Source: a bacterium (GTDB taxonomy: Bacteria; RBG-13-61-14; DATKZS01). Taken from it: a stretch of DNA of 64,000 nt. The notes beneath the pieces are model-generated. The model did not search any database, had not been told where the DNA came from, and saw only the letters and a list, made by a program, of their open reading frames with translations. Position numbers and translations under genes: made by a program. How positions within the stretch are numbered: the first letter of the stretch is position 1; each line of letters starts with the position of its first letter. This document shows positions 18,283 through 28,879 of the stretch, in pieces. The DNA is taken from NCBI GenBank assembly GCA_963674965.2, contig CAXXFL010000002.1, positions 256,001 to 320,000 on the forward strand, given 5' to 3'.

Positions 18283-19056
18283 ATGGAAGAAGATACCAGA
18301 GTAAAAAACGATTTTGAAAAGACCGAGCCCATCCCGCCGAACCTTCACGTTCAATTATCGGTAATTTCGGGACCGGACATGGGCACGGCTCAAAAGCTTT
18401 GGAAAAGTCACAGCGTTCTCGGGCGGGGCAAGTGCGATATCCGCTTCAGCGACAACTCGGCCTCCAAGGAACATTGCAGCATAGATTTCGAGGAAGGCCG
18501 GTTCGTTCTTCGCGACATGGGCAGCACCAACGGTACCATGCTTAACGGCGGCCAGGTTTGGGAGGCCGATCTTGGCAACCTGGACGAGATAACCATCGGC
18601 GACACGGTCATCCAGTTTTCCATCTTGGAGGAGGAGGCGATAAGCGCCGAGGAACTGGATATCGTGGTGGTCGAGGCGGACCCGGCGTCCCAGACCACTC
18701 GCCCCCAAAAGGCCCGGATAGCCAAGGACCCCAACCAGGGTCCCCTTTTCCCGGGCGTTGACGCCTCTCTCAAGGTGGTCATGGGGGAGGACGCGGGCAA
18801 GGAAATGAAGCTGTTCAACAAGGTCACCTCGATCGGACGCTCCGGCTCCGACCTGGTCATTTCGGACCCCGAGTCTTCCCGAAAGCACGCCACCATCGAG
18901 TTCCTGGCCAAGGACAAGGTAATCGTCAAGGATTTGAATTCCGTAAACGGGACATATCTGAACCGGAAACCCGTCTCCGTGGCGACGATCAAAAATGGGG
19001 ACGCCCTGCAAATAGGGAGCACGGTCATCAACTTTTTCGTTCGTTTCGGCGCCTGA
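18283..19056 (+). CDS. Tandem FHA-domain protein
   Basis: Two GR...S.xH...D.xSxNGT motif sets. Confidence 0.92.
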   Translation: MEEDTRVKNDFEKTEPIPPNLHVQLSVISGPDMGTAQKLWKSHSVLGRGKCDIRFSDNSASKEHCSIDFEEGRFVLRDMGSTNGTMLNGGQVWEADLGNLDEITIGDTVIQFSILEEEAISAEELDIVVVEADPASQTTRPQKARIAKDPNQGPLFPGVDASLKVVMGEDAGKEMKLFNKVTSIGRSGSDLVISDPESSRKHATIEFLAKDKVIVKDLNSVNGTYLNRKPVSVATIKNGDALQIGSTVINFFVRFGA

Positions 19057-19080
19057 GCCTTTTCAGGGCTTGGAGAATCC

Positions 19081-20673
19081 ATGTCCAATATTCCGGAAAA
19101 AATAGGTCGTTACGAGATAATCGAGGAAATCGGGCGCGGCGGGATGGGGGCCGTGTACAAGGCGCTGGACCCCAATATCGGCAGGATGGTGGCCCTCAAG
19201 GTCATCAAGCTGGCCTTCAACGCCGAGGGCGACCTGGCTCGGGAGATGCACGAGAGGTTCAAGCGCGAGGCCAAGGCCGCCGGTGTCCTCAGCCATCCAA
19301 ACGTGGTGACCGTGTACGACGCCGGGGAAAAGGACGGCACTCCCTACATCGCCATGGAGTACGTCGAGGGGGACACCCTCGAGGACCTGATCGATCCCGA
19401 GGTCCCCCTGCCCATCGAAAAGGTCAACTCGATAATTAAGCAGGTGGCCACGGGCCTCGCCTACGCCCACGAAAAGGGCGTGGTCCACCGCGACGTGAAG
19501 CCCGCCAACGTGATAGTCACCAAAGACGGCTTTGCCAAGATCACCGACTTCGGCATCGCCAGGCTCTCGGACTCCGAGCTGACCCAGCGAGGCACGGTCA
19601 TGGGCTCTCCGAGCTATATGAGCCCCGAGCAGGTGACGGGACGGCCGGTGGACGGAAGAAGCGACGTGTTCAGCCTCGGCGTGATACTTTACCAGCTCCT
19701 CACTGGAGAGAAGCCCTTTCCCGGCGAAAACCCCACGGTGGTTTCCTACAGGATAGTCAGGGAAGAGCCGCCCGAGCCGACCATGGTCAACCCCGTCATC
19801 CCCAAGGGATACGACGCCATAATCAGGAAGGCCCTGGCCAAAAGCCCGGACGACCGGTACGCCGCCGCCTCCGAGATGGCCATGGACATCGAGCGGCTCG
19901 AGACGGGCAAGGCCGTGGCCGGGCCCAAAACCACGGGCGCCACCTTATATACCCGGGTATCCAAACGGCTGGAAAAGCCAGGCTTCAAGCCCCTGGTGGT
20001 GGGCTTTGTAACGGCGCTTTCGCTTATCATACTGGTGATCGTGTCGCTTCGGGTGAGCAACCCCTATATCGAGATACAGGAGCTCATTGACGGCGGCCAG
20101 CACGAACGGGCGGTGATCGCGCTCCACCGCATCCTCACCAACAAGCCCAAGGACCACCGGGCGGCTTTCCTGCTCGGCGGGGAATACGCCGAGCTGAAGG
20201 ATTACGAGTCCTGCGTCAAGGCCTACGCCCACGCCCTCCTTTTAAAGCCCGACTACCGGGACGACGCGGCGTTGCAGGACGACCTGGTCACGGCCCTCAA
20301 GCTGGATGAGGCCGACACGGCCGTCCACCTGGTGGTCTCCAGGATCGGTCCGTCCATAACGGAAAAACTAAGGAACGCCATCTCGGACCAGGAATACGAC
20401 CACACCCAGAACTGGAACGCGGCCAAGGCCCTTCGCGAACTGGGCGAGAAGGTGGACGAGTTCGAGATTCTAAAGCAGGACCTCCAGATGAACCCCGACT
20501 GCGAGGTGAGAAGAACCGCCGTCGAAAGGCTGGGAGAGCTGGGTGACAAAAGGGCCTTGCCCGTGCTCGAGATAGCCAAGCGCGACAAGTGGAACACGCG
20601 CTCCTGCATGGGAAACTCCATCAAGGAGGCCGAGGAGAAAATAAATGGCGAAAACCCCGAACCTCTGGAATAA
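19081..20673 (+). CDS. Hanks-type Ser/Thr protein kinase with TM, TPR-like and HEAT-like C-terminus
   Basis: GRGGMGAVY, VALK, HRDVKPAN, DFG, SPEQ, DVFSLG. Confidence 0.95.
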   Translation: MSNIPEKIGRYEIIEEIGRGGMGAVYKALDPNIGRMVALKVIKLAFNAEGDLAREMHERFKREAKAAGVLSHPNVVTVYDAGEKDGTPYIAMEYVEGDTLEDLIDPEVPLPIEKVNSIIKQVATGLAYAHEKGVVHRDVKPANVIVTKDGFAKITDFGIARLSDSELTQRGTVMGSPSYMSPEQVTGRPVDGRSDVFSLGVILYQLLTGEKPFPGENPTVVSYRIVREEPPEPTMVNPVIPKGYDAIIRKALAKSPDDRYAAASEMAMDIERLETGKAVAGPKTTGATLYTRVSKRLEKPGFKPLVVGFVTALSLIILVIVSLRVSNPYIEIQELIDGGQHERAVIALHRILTNKPKDHRAAFLLGGEYAELKDYESCVKAYAHALLLKPDYRDDAALQDDLVTALKLDEADTAVHLVVSRIGPSITEKLRNAISDQEYDHTQNWNAAKALRELGEKVDEFEILKQDLQMNPDCEVRRTAVERLGELGDKRALPVLEIAKRDKWNTRSCMGNSIKEAEEKINGENPEPLE

Positions 20674-21652
20674 CGCGCGGATTTACGCGGCCGTCCTCGC
20701 CCTTTTCGCGGCGGCGCTGGTTTGTTCCGCGTTGGCCTCCGCCGAGACTTATGAGGCGACTGGATCGGTCAACGTCCGGCAGGGACCGGGCGGGAATCAT
20801 CCCGTTTTAACGTCCTTAAAGCAGGGCGAGAGGGTCGAGAAGCTGGGCGCGGAGGGAAGATATATCAAGGTCCGCACGGAATCGGGAATGGAGGGCTACG
20901 TTTGGGAGTCCCTTCTCGCCGGCGTGGACCAGGAGGGAATCGAGGCCCCTCGCTTCGACGCCCTCAGCGAAAGCCTGGCCCAAGGGGCCCTCACCCGCAT
21001 CAAGCCGGGCCCCGACCGCTATTTCTTCGAGTCGACCCTCGAGTTCCTCAGGATCGAGAACCACGGCGTCTTCGTCATGATCCTTCCCCTTATCGTGGCC
21101 GTTGTTCTCGCCGTCCTGGGCGCGTGGCTATTGAAGCTGGCCTATAAGAAGGTCGAGATCATCATTCCCGTGGGCATAGGCCGCAGCAGAAGGATGACGG
21201 CCAAGCTCATCATTATCGTGGCGGGGGCATATCTTATCATTGGGGCGGTTTCTTATTTCCTGGACCTCTCGATGCACTACGCGAGCCTGGAGGAAAACAC
21301 GGTCCTGGTTATTGCCCTCTCCGTTCCCCGCCTTATCCTGGCCGCCCCCATCGCCGTGGTGGACGCCCTGTCCGCTAACTGGGTCGCTGGTCTCGCCTTT
21401 ATCCTTCTTCTCGTGCTCATCGCCAGGCCCGGGCTGGGAGCCGGAGACGAGCCCGCCGAGTTCGACGACGACCTGGCCACCGCGGTCAAGTCGGCCATCG
21501 AGTTCGCGGACGGAGGAGTATCGGACATGCCCGAGCCGGACGAGTCCGACACGGTGATCAAGCCCCGGGTCTCGAGCCTGGAGCCGCGTGAAGATGAAGA
21601 TCGAGACTCGGAAACCCGTATCGTGGCCGACGAAGAGGAAGGTCCCGACTAG
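20645..21652 (+). CDS. SH3b-domain membrane protein
   Basis: Signal peptide, VNVRQGPG...EGYVW SH3 motif, 3-4 TM helices, acidic tail. Confidence 0.8.
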   Translation: MAKTPNLWNNARIYAAVLALFAAALVCSALASAETYEATGSVNVRQGPGGNHPVLTSLKQGERVEKLGAEGRYIKVRTESGMEGYVWESLLAGVDQEGIEAPRFDALSESLAQGALTRIKPGPDRYFFESTLEFLRIENHGVFVMILPLIVAVVLAVLGAWLLKLAYKKVEIIIPVGIGRSRRMTAKLIIIVAGAYLIIGAVSYFLDLSMHYASLEENTVLVIALSVPRLILAAPIAVVDALSANWVAGLAFILLLVLIARPGLGAGDEPAEFDDDLATAVKSAIEFADGGVSDMPEPDESDTVIKPRVSSLEPREDEDRDSETRIVADEEEGPD

Positions 21653-22773
21653 AAACTCACCCTTGACAGGATTATCTCCGTGTTGCCCTCCCTGGCCACG
21701 TCCGACCAGCCGATAACGTAACCCGTCCCGTCGGCGGACATGGATATCTCGTTGTCGATAATGGCGCTCGGACGAGGCTGGGACACGCGAGTCACGGGAG
21801 CGTTGGCCTTGGCCGTCCCGTCCATGGACCGGAAATAAAGGGTCCGACCCGCCGCGTTCACCTCGATCCAGGCCGCCCCAAAGCCGTTCGGACCGGCGGC
21901 CGCGGCGACGCTGGGACGGTCGGCCCCCGGGGTGGTCAGGGGGGCCGGGTCCCTGAGCACCTCTCCCCTCGTTCCCACGGAGGCCGCCATTACCTGTTGT
22001 CCGTTTTCGATCTTCTGAGGCCAGACTGCGGCGTAGGACTTGCCGTTAAAGGCCGCCGCCGGCACTCCCGCGCTCACGCCCTCCAGGCTGAGGCGGGAAG
22101 GAGAGCCTTTGGGATTGCCCAAAGCGTCGATGGCCAGGAACCAGACCGAGTCGTCCGAGGCGTTAAGATAAAAGACTCCGAAGTCCGAGCCGGCCTTGAT
22201 AAGGGACCCCACCACCTTCGTGCCCGCGCCCATGGTCAACCGCGCGGGAGGACCCTGCGAGTTGCCCTCCGCGTCAAGATAACGGAAGGTAAGGTTCCCT
22301 TGCGACTCCCCGCCGAACTCGGTGGTGATCACGCCAAAGCCGTTTCCCGTGCTCATGATGGCCGTGTCTTTGCCCAGGGACCCCTTCTTGATAATCGTCG
22401 AGGTCTTGCCGGCGGGGGCCCCGGCCGCGCTTATTTTCATAAAGAAAAGGTCGAAGCCGTAATTGGTTTCGTGAATCCAGCTAAGCCCGAATTCGCTCCC
22501 GGTCCAGCACAAGTTGGGATGAACGTCCCAGGTGCCCGAGTGAGTCAATCGGGTCTCGGGTCCCAAACCCTTGGTCCCGACCTCGGCCGAGCGGAAGTAT
22601 ATCTCCTGGTTGCCCTCCCTGCCGTCCATCCAGGCGACCCCGAACTCGGTGCCGGTCCAGGCCAGGCAGGGAAACTCGCTCTCCCGGTCGGCGGAAGTCA
22701 CCTGAAGATGATGAAGGTCCGGCGTCCCGCCGATAATAAACAAGGCGATAATAATGATGGCGGTCTTTTTCAT
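21649..22773 (-). CDS. Secreted repeat protein (WTGxEFG repeats, probable beta-propeller)
   Basis: Signal peptide; ~55-aa repeats LAWTGTEFGVAW / LCWTGSEFGLSW. Confidence 0.75.
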   Translation of the reverse strand: MKKTAIIIIALFIIGGTPDLHHLQVTSADRESEFPCLAWTGTEFGVAWMDGREGNQEIYFRSAEVGTKGLGPETRLTHSGTWDVHPNLCWTGSEFGLSWIHETNYGFDLFFMKISAAGAPAGKTSTIIKKGSLGKDTAIMSTGNGFGVITTEFGGESQGNLTFRYLDAEGNSQGPPARLTMGAGTKVVGSLIKAGSDFGVFYLNASDDSVWFLAIDALGNPKGSPSRLSLEGVSAGVPAAAFNGKSYAAVWPQKIENGQQVMAASVGTRGEVLRDPAPLTTPGADRPSVAAAAGPNGFGAAWIEVNAAGRTLYFRSMDGTAKANAPVTRVSQPRPSAIIDNEISMSADGTGYVIGWSDVAREGNTEIILSRVSF

Positions 22774-23022
22774 GGTCGAGTCTCCGTCAAAGGCGATATT
22801 GATAAAAGGTCGTTTCCCTCGCGTCCCCACGTGTATAATCGCAGTCGAGCGGGCGTCTGTCAAGGAAATAATGGCGGGTCCTTACAGAGGCTCAATAATT
22901 ATTTAATGGGAGATTGATTGAAGAATTGTGGTTCGAAGAGGATGATCACTATCGCGGACGAGTCTCGGTCCAAGCCGCGCCTTGCCCTTTTGACGGACGT
23001 CGGGACAAGGCGCGGGTCATTT

Positions 23023-25809
23023 TCAGTCGCAGGTCACTTTCAGGGTGTAGGTCCCGACCGCTCCGTTCCATCCGTCCACCACCACGAAGTAGGTCCCGGC
23101 GGGCACGGAATTGACCGTAACGTGCAAGTCTCCGGCGGCCATGCATTCGTCGGAGCAGGCCTGGCCTCCGTTATTGTCGAGAAGGAAGACGTCCAGGTCT
23201 CCTCCCGAGACGCTTTCCAGGAAGGCGGTGACGTTCTTGGTGGAGGACGTCTGGAGACGGTATATGACGTCGGGTCCGCTTTCGTCCCAGTCGGTGCAGG
23301 AGTAGAAGTTGAGGTCGTTCCCCATGCCGCTGGTGGAACCATTGTCCTGTCCGCCGCAGGAGATGGAGTAGTCGTAGGCGGCGCAGACCCCGGCGTCCAG
23401 GTTGGAGATATAGTCGTCCCAGTGAGTGTCGATCGCGAAGTCCAATCCATTGTACTTGGAGTTGTATCCGCCGAGCGGGTAATAGATCGAAAGACCCTCC
23501 GCCCCTGATATGTAGCTGTAGTTGTAAATGACGGCCGCGTCGAAGGAGGTCTTCACGTAGTCGGCGGCCTCGCGAACTCCGCTGGGAACGGAGGCGCTGT
23601 AAATATTGTCGGCGAAGTCGTAGACGTCCACGTAATCCGGGTCGTCGAATGAAGCCGCGTTCATGCGGGCCGAGCTGATCTGGCTCGAGTAGGTCGGGTA
23701 GCTGACGATCAGTCTCTCCGCCAACAGGTCGAGGTCGTCGGCCAGCCCGTCGATCATGGACAGGTCGACGACCGACTGGGTCTCGTTATAGGAGTCGTCG
23801 TTATAATAGGTCCTCGAGATGGCCTCGCCCAGGGAGCCGCCGTCCATGTCCGGGTCGGCCGCCAGCTCGGCCAGCCATTCGTCGTACACGTAGCCGCCGA
23901 GTGGCTCGGTTTCCTCGGAGCCGACCATGTAAGCCGAGTAATCGGCCATGTAGTAGGCTATCTCCATCATCTGCATGAGACAGGCGTCGAAGCCAACCAG
24001 CTCGAGGTGGCCCGCGCCGGTGGATGAAAGGGCGTTGGACAGGGCGGACTCGAGGTCGTCGTTGCTGAGGAAGTCGTCGCTGGTGTCGTCGTAGGCGACC
24101 CCCTTTACGGCGTGTTTCGGGCTTCGGGCCTTCCATCCGCTTCCGTGGTCCCACAGGATAAGGGCGTATTTCTCGGCGGGAAAGCTCATGATGCCCCACT
24201 CCAGGAAATTCTCGAGCACGGCCGGGTCTCCCATGTTGATCTCGCCGTTGTTGACCAGGAGGGTCGAGTTGATGTTCGAGGTGTCAAGGTCCTTGGTCAC
24301 GTAATAGGTGCGGGCGTCCTTCCAGTCCCCGTTGCTCGAGTTGTAGCCGTCGATCCGGTCCATCAGCACGATCACGTCCACCTCCGGCTGGGAGCCGATC
24401 TTCTCCAACTCGTTCATGTCGCGGACGCCGTATTCCTCGAGGTTGTTGTCTGCGTCCATGTAAACGAAGACGGTCCATTCCTTGCCGCAGTCCGAGTCGA
24501 AGCAAACGCGGGTGGGAACGTCCGAGTTCTGGGTCGAGCCGTCGCCGAGCTGTCCGGCGTCGTTTCGGCCCCAGCAGAAGCCGAAGCTTTCGGCCGGCCT
24601 TACGCAGGAATGGAAGTCTCCCGAGGTCACCGCCGCGTTCGAGACGAGGAAGGACACGGACCTGGGGGTGCTCGAGTCTCCTCCCGGCGATCCGAGCTGG
24701 CCGTAGGTATTGTCGCCCCAGCACCTGACCACGCCGGTGGCCAGGCGGGCGCAGCTATGGTACTTGCCCGCCGAAATGGAGGTGACCGTGGTCAGTCCCG
24801 TGACGTAGACCGGGGAGGATGAGTCGATTATTCCCCCGTTTCCAAGCTGGCCCTCGCCGTTCGCGCCCCAGCAGTTCGCCGCGCCCGTCTCGAGGACCAC
24901 GCAGGTATGATCGCCCCCGGCGGCGATGGCCCGGGCCGAGCCCAGTCCCGAGACCGGGGAGGGCAGGGCCGAGTCGGCCGTGTTTCCCGCGCCCAGTTGC
25001 CCGCTCGAGTTATCGCCCCAGCAGTAGACCCCGCCGCCGCTGACCAGCGCGCAGGCGTGACGGTCGCCGGCGGCCAGGGCGATGGCCGAGCCGAGCCCGC
25101 TTACGGTTACTGGAGAGGGGGAGTCAGTCGTGCTCCCGTCACCTAGCTGTCCCTTCTCATTGTCGCCCGCGCATTTGACCGAGCCGTCGGAAAAGAGCCC
25201 GCATAAATGGGCCGAGCCAGCGGCCAGCTCGATCGCGCCGCTAAGTCCGGAGACCGTATCTCGTGCCTTCAGGGAAAATGGAGCGCTCGAGGTGACGACC
25301 CCTCCCTGGTCCTCGCCCCAGCACTCGACGGCCCCGCCCGCAAGGCCGGCGCAGCTAAGGTCGCCGCCGGCCGACGCGAAAAGGGCCGAGTTCATGGCCG
25401 TCACGTCCGCGGGCAAGGAACTGGGCGCCGTGCCGCCGTCTCCGAGTTGCCCCTCCCCGTTGTCGCCCCAGCATTTTACCCCGCCGCCGGACATGGGAAC
25501 GCAGGAATGGGCCTCCCCCTCGGCGACCAGGAAACCCTCGTCAACCAGGCCGTAGCCCGCGTCACCCGAGCACTGGTTGTCCACGCCGTCCATCTGCTCG
25601 GGAGCGCCCGGGTAAACGGAGGCGTTATTGTCCTTGCAGTCGGTTCCGCTCGAGCAGTTCTGGCCATAGCCGTCGCCGTCCTGGTCCTGGCATTTCGAGA
25701 CGGGTTGGTTGTCGTCGTTGTCGTCGCCCCCGCCTCCGCAGCCGTAAGGATTAATGCCCAGCGAAATTAAAAGGATAAGCAAAAATATCGCCTTGAAAAG
25801 GTGCTTCAT
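23023..25809 (-). CDS. Lipoprotein: RCC1-like repeats + clostripain (C11) peptidase + PPC-like domain
   Basis: Lipobox-like YGC; CWGxNxxGQLG repeats; WTVFVYMDADNNLE, LILWDHGSGW, GFDACLM, SEETEP. Confidence 0.9.
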   Translation of the reverse strand: MKHLFKAIFLLILLISLGINPYGCGGGGDDNDDNQPVSKCQDQDGDGYGQNCSSGTDCKDNNASVYPGAPEQMDGVDNQCSGDAGYGLVDEGFLVAEGEAHSCVPMSGGGVKCWGDNGEGQLGDGGTAPSSLPADVTAMNSALFASAGGDLSCAGLAGGAVECWGEDQGGVVTSSAPFSLKARDTVSGLSGAIELAAGSAHLCGLFSDGSVKCAGDNEKGQLGDGSTTDSPSPVTVSGLGSAIALAAGDRHACALVSGGGVYCWGDNSSGQLGAGNTADSALPSPVSGLGSARAIAAGGDHTCVVLETGAANCWGANGEGQLGNGGIIDSSSPVYVTGLTTVTSISAGKYHSCARLATGVVRCWGDNTYGQLGSPGGDSSTPRSVSFLVSNAAVTSGDFHSCVRPAESFGFCWGRNDAGQLGDGSTQNSDVPTRVCFDSDCGKEWTVFVYMDADNNLEEYGVRDMNELEKIGSQPEVDVIVLMDRIDGYNSSNGDWKDARTYYVTKDLDTSNINSTLLVNNGEINMGDPAVLENFLEWGIMSFPAEKYALILWDHGSGWKARSPKHAVKGVAYDDTSDDFLSNDDLESALSNALSSTGAGHLELVGFDACLMQMMEIAYYMADYSAYMVGSEETEPLGGYVYDEWLAELAADPDMDGGSLGEAISRTYYNDDSYNETQSVVDLSMIDGLADDLDLLAERLIVSYPTYSSQISSARMNAASFDDPDYVDVYDFADNIYSASVPSGVREAADYVKTSFDAAVIYNYSYISGAEGLSIYYPLGGYNSKYNGLDFAIDTHWDDYISNLDAGVCAAYDYSISCGGQDNGSTSGMGNDLNFYSCTDWDESGPDVIYRLQTSSTKNVTAFLESVSGGDLDVFLLDNNGGQACSDECMAAGDLHVTVNSVPAGTYFVVVDGWNGAVGTYTLKVTCD

Positions 25810-25909
25810 GATTTTCTCCCCATGTAAAGGTACCGTTTTCTTAGATTAGCCAATCTGGAGGCGGGATTCAACAAAATGAGGTTTAAAAGATTTTTCGCGG
25901 AGAAGTGGG

Positions 25910-25940
25910 AAAAAAGAGGGAGCCCGAATGGACTCCCTCT
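25910..25940 (-). terminator. Intrinsic terminator after etfA
   Basis: AGAGGGAG...CTCCCTCT stem followed by a T run. Confidence 0.75.
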
Positions 25941-25965
25941 CGATCGCTTGGAAGGGGGCGACGCG

Positions 25966-26943
25966 TTATTCGGCCAGCATCTTCTTTAGTTCCTCGGTCA
26001 TGACGGGCACGACCTTGAACAGGTCGTCCACGATCCCGTAGTCGGCTTTCTGGAAGATGGGGGCGTCGGGGTCCTTGTTGACCGCGACGATGACCTTGGA
26101 TGAGCGCATTCCGGCGAGGTGCTGGATGGCGCCGGAGATTCCGAAGGCCACGTACAGGGTCGGGTTGACGACCTTGCCGGTCTGTCCGACCTGCTGTGAC
26201 ACGTCGGCGTAGCCCGAGTCGACCGCCGCGCGGGACGCGCCTACCGCCGCTCCCATTACTCCGGCCAGTTCCTCGAGAATCTTGAAGTTGTCTTTTTCCT
26301 TCATGCCCCGGCCGCCGGAGACGATCCTGTCGGCCTCGGTAAGCTCGATCTTGCCGCCGCCGGACTGGGCCATTTCCTTGACCGCCGCCTTGACGGCGCT
26401 CACGCCCGCGTCGACCTTGACCACCTCGCCGGCCGCTCCGACCTCGCCGGCCGCCGGGTAGGTGTTGGGACGGACGCTGCACATGGCGGGAGAGGCCACG
26501 GCCTCGACCTTGGCGAAGCACTTGCCCGAGTACACCGGCCGCTTGGAAACGACCTTGCCGCCGTCAACCTTGACCTCGACGCAGTCGCTGGCAAGGCCCG
26601 TGCCTATCTTGGCGGCGGCCCGAGGCGCCAGGTCCTTGCCCTGGGCCGAGGACCCGAAAAGTATGAGGGCCGGGTCCGCCGACTTGGCGGCGGCCGCGAC
26701 CGCGGAGGCGAAGCCGTCGGGCGAATAGGCGCCCAGCGCGTCGGCCTCGCAAAGCATGACTTTTTCAGCGCCGAACTTTCCCAGCTCGGCGGCCAATCCC
26801 TCGACGCCCTTGCCGATAAGGCAGGCCGAGAGTCCGCCGCCCAGCTCGCCGGCGAGTTGTTTTCCAATTCCCAGAAGCTCGAGGGTAATCTTCCTGAGTT
26901 TACCGTCCCTCTGTTCCGCGACTACCATTACGCCACTAGCCAT
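25966..26943 (-). CDS. etfA: Electron transfer flavoprotein alpha subunit
   Basis: [39 protein letters not shown]. Confidence 0.97.
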   Translation of the reverse strand: MASGVMVVAEQRDGKLRKITLELLGIGKQLAGELGGGLSACLIGKGVEGLAAELGKFGAEKVMLCEADALGAYSPDGFASAVAAAAKSADPALILFGSSAQGKDLAPRAAAKIGTGLASDCVEVKVDGGKVVSKRPVYSGKCFAKVEAVASPAMCSVRPNTYPAAGEVGAAGEVVKVDAGVSAVKAAVKEMAQSGGGKIELTEADRIVSGGRGMKEKDNFKILEELAGVMGAAVGASRAAVDSGYADVSQQVGQTGKVVNPTLYVAFGISGAIQHLAGMRSSKVIVAVNKDPDAPIFQKADYGIVDDLFKVVPVMTEELKKMLAE

Positions 26944-26999
26944 TTTATATTCTCCTTTTCCCTGGTCCGATTGTCGTTCTCATGAAGCCGTTTTTCGGC

Positions 27000-27818
27000 T
27001 CAGATAACCTTGGCCTCTTCGCGGAGAAGCTTGACCACTTCCTTGACCATGTCGGCGGTCTCCTGCTCCTTGAAGATTTTGCCGGCCGCCCGCTCGGGAA
27101 GGGGCTCGTAACTGGTTATCTTGACCTTGGCCCCGCCGGCGCCGACGTCGTCGCCGGAAAGACCCGTGTCGCCAAGACCCATAACCTTGATCTCTTTCTT
27201 CTTGGCCTTCATGATGCCGGGAAGGCTGGCGTAGCGGGCTTCCTGGATGGGATCGGAACCCTGCACGGTGACGCCCTTGTCGATGGAGATGATCGCGGGA
27301 AGGGAAATCTCGTAGGTTTCCTCGGCCCCCTCGATTTTACGCTTGACCACGGCGCTCTTGCCGTCGTCCGCGATCTGGATGGAACTGCAGGTCGTGCACT
27401 GCGGAAGATCGAGCACCTCGGCCAGCATGGACGGCACCTGGGACATGTCCCAGTCGATCGCCTGCTTGCCGCAAAGGATCACGTCAGCCTCGAGGCTCTT
27501 CACCGCCGCCGCCAGGGCCTTGGCCTCGCCCATGGCGTCCGAGCCCGCGAATGCCTCGTCCTTCAAGTGAACGCCCTTGTCGCAACCCATGGCCAGGGCC
27601 GTTCTCATCGACTCGACCACGCGGTCCTGGCCCATGGTCACCACCCAGGCCTCGCCCCCGAATTTCTCCTTCAGGCGAAGACCGACCTCGACGGCGTACT
27701 CGTCGTAGGGGTTCATGATCCATTTGATGTTCTGCTCGTCGATCCCCTGTCCGTCGCCGGAGATCTTGATCGTCGCTTCCGTGTCAGGTGTTTGTTTCAT
27801 GCATACCGCAATCTTCAC
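27000..27818 (-). CDS. etfB: Electron transfer flavoprotein beta subunit
   Basis: CMKQTPD, MNPYDEYAVE, GKQAID, RYASLPGIMKAKKK. Confidence 0.97.
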   Translation of the reverse strand: MKIAVCMKQTPDTEATIKISGDGQGIDEQNIKWIMNPYDEYAVEVGLRLKEKFGGEAWVVTMGQDRVVESMRTALAMGCDKGVHLKDEAFAGSDAMGEAKALAAAVKSLEADVILCGKQAIDWDMSQVPSMLAEVLDLPQCTTCSSIQIADDGKSAVVKRKIEGAEETYEISLPAIISIDKGVTVQGSDPIQEARYASLPGIMKAKKKEIKVMGLGDTGLSGDDVGAGGAKVKITSYEPLPERAAGKIFKEQETADMVKEVVKLLREEAKVI

Positions 27819-27928
27819 TGTTCCTTCCTCCTTTCTGTACTTCCCAATATTTTTTTTAATGTCCGGTTATATTATCCGTTACCCTTGTCTTATATCCTTC
27901 AAGCCGACGCGCGGCCTAATTGCCAACC

Positions 27929-28534
27929 TCAGGAGGACCCGTTACGGGTCGCGACGCCTTCCAGTACCATGCGAGCCAGCTGCTCGGCCGCGGCGTCCAG
28001 ATACTTTTCGTCCTTTTTCGTCAGCACCCAATGCAGGGCTATCTCATCCAGGGCGCCGAAGAGGGCCCGCTTGGTAACGCCCAGGGAAAGGTCCTCGCGG
28101 AACAGTCCCTTCTCCTGTCCCTCCTTGAAAATCCTGGCGATGATGTTCAGGTATTTTATCCAGTGTTTCGGTTCGTACTCCTTCATGAACTTGTAGCTTT
28201 GTCTAAGTTCAACCTGGAGGACCTCCGCCAGCTCGCGATGCTCCTTCATCAGCTTCAGATGGCGCCTGATAAAGAGCTTGACCCGAAGACGGGGGTCGTC
28301 GGTCGCGCCGAGTTCTTTTTCCATGTCCCGGATGATGTCGTCCAGGCTTTCCTCGAAGACGTTTATCAGTATGTCGTCCTTGTTGCGGAAGTAAAGGTAA
28401 ATAGTGCCGCTCGCCACTTCCGCCTCCCTGGCTATCTCGGAAATGCGCGAGTTGTGAAAGCCGTTTTTGGCGAATACCTTTACCGCCGCGCGAAGTATCC
28501 TGAACCGCTTGTCGCCTTGTCTTATCGAGGACAT
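27929..28534 (-). CDS. TetR-family regulator (FadR/YsiA-like)
   Basis: TetR HTH (IAREAEVASGTIYLYFRNKDDIL), QVELRQS; directly upstream of etfBA. Confidence 0.9.
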   Translation of the reverse strand: MSSIRQGDKRFRILRAAVKVFAKNGFHNSRISEIAREAEVASGTIYLYFRNKDDILINVFEESLDDIIRDMEKELGATDDPRLRVKLFIRRHLKLMKEHRELAEVLQVELRQSYKFMKEYEPKHWIKYLNIIARIFKEGQEKGLFREDLSLGVTKRALFGALDEIALHWVLTKKDEKYLDAAAEQLARMVLEGVATRNGSS

Positions 28535-28574
28535 CTTGGACCTTTAAAAACCACCCCCCGAGAGATCGGAACAA

Positions 28575-28592
28575 AAAATGAACACTCATTCA
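28575..28592 (-). promoter_or_regulatory. Palindromic operator resembling the Bacillus FadR box
   Basis: TGAATGA-GTGT-TCATTTT, just downstream of a TTGACA -35 element (28614-28619). Confidence 0.7.
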
Positions 28593-28879
28593 GTACCACG
28601 AAAAAGGCCCCCTTGTCAAATCCAAAAAAGGCCCGGGCAAGGACTTGTCGGCTCGTTTGACCCCGCGGTATGAAGACGCCCCATTCCATATTAACGCGCG
28701 TTAGAAAAATCGTCCTTTAATTGGCGGCAAGGGAAGTTATACGAGTTGCTGGACCAATATATAACGAACGTTACGACGAGAGGCAAGGCCCGCGACCTCT
28801 ATCCGATTTTTTATCGCGGCCATCTTTTCGGCCTCGTTTGAAAAGACGACCTTTCGCGTAGCATACTGGAAGCCGCGCC

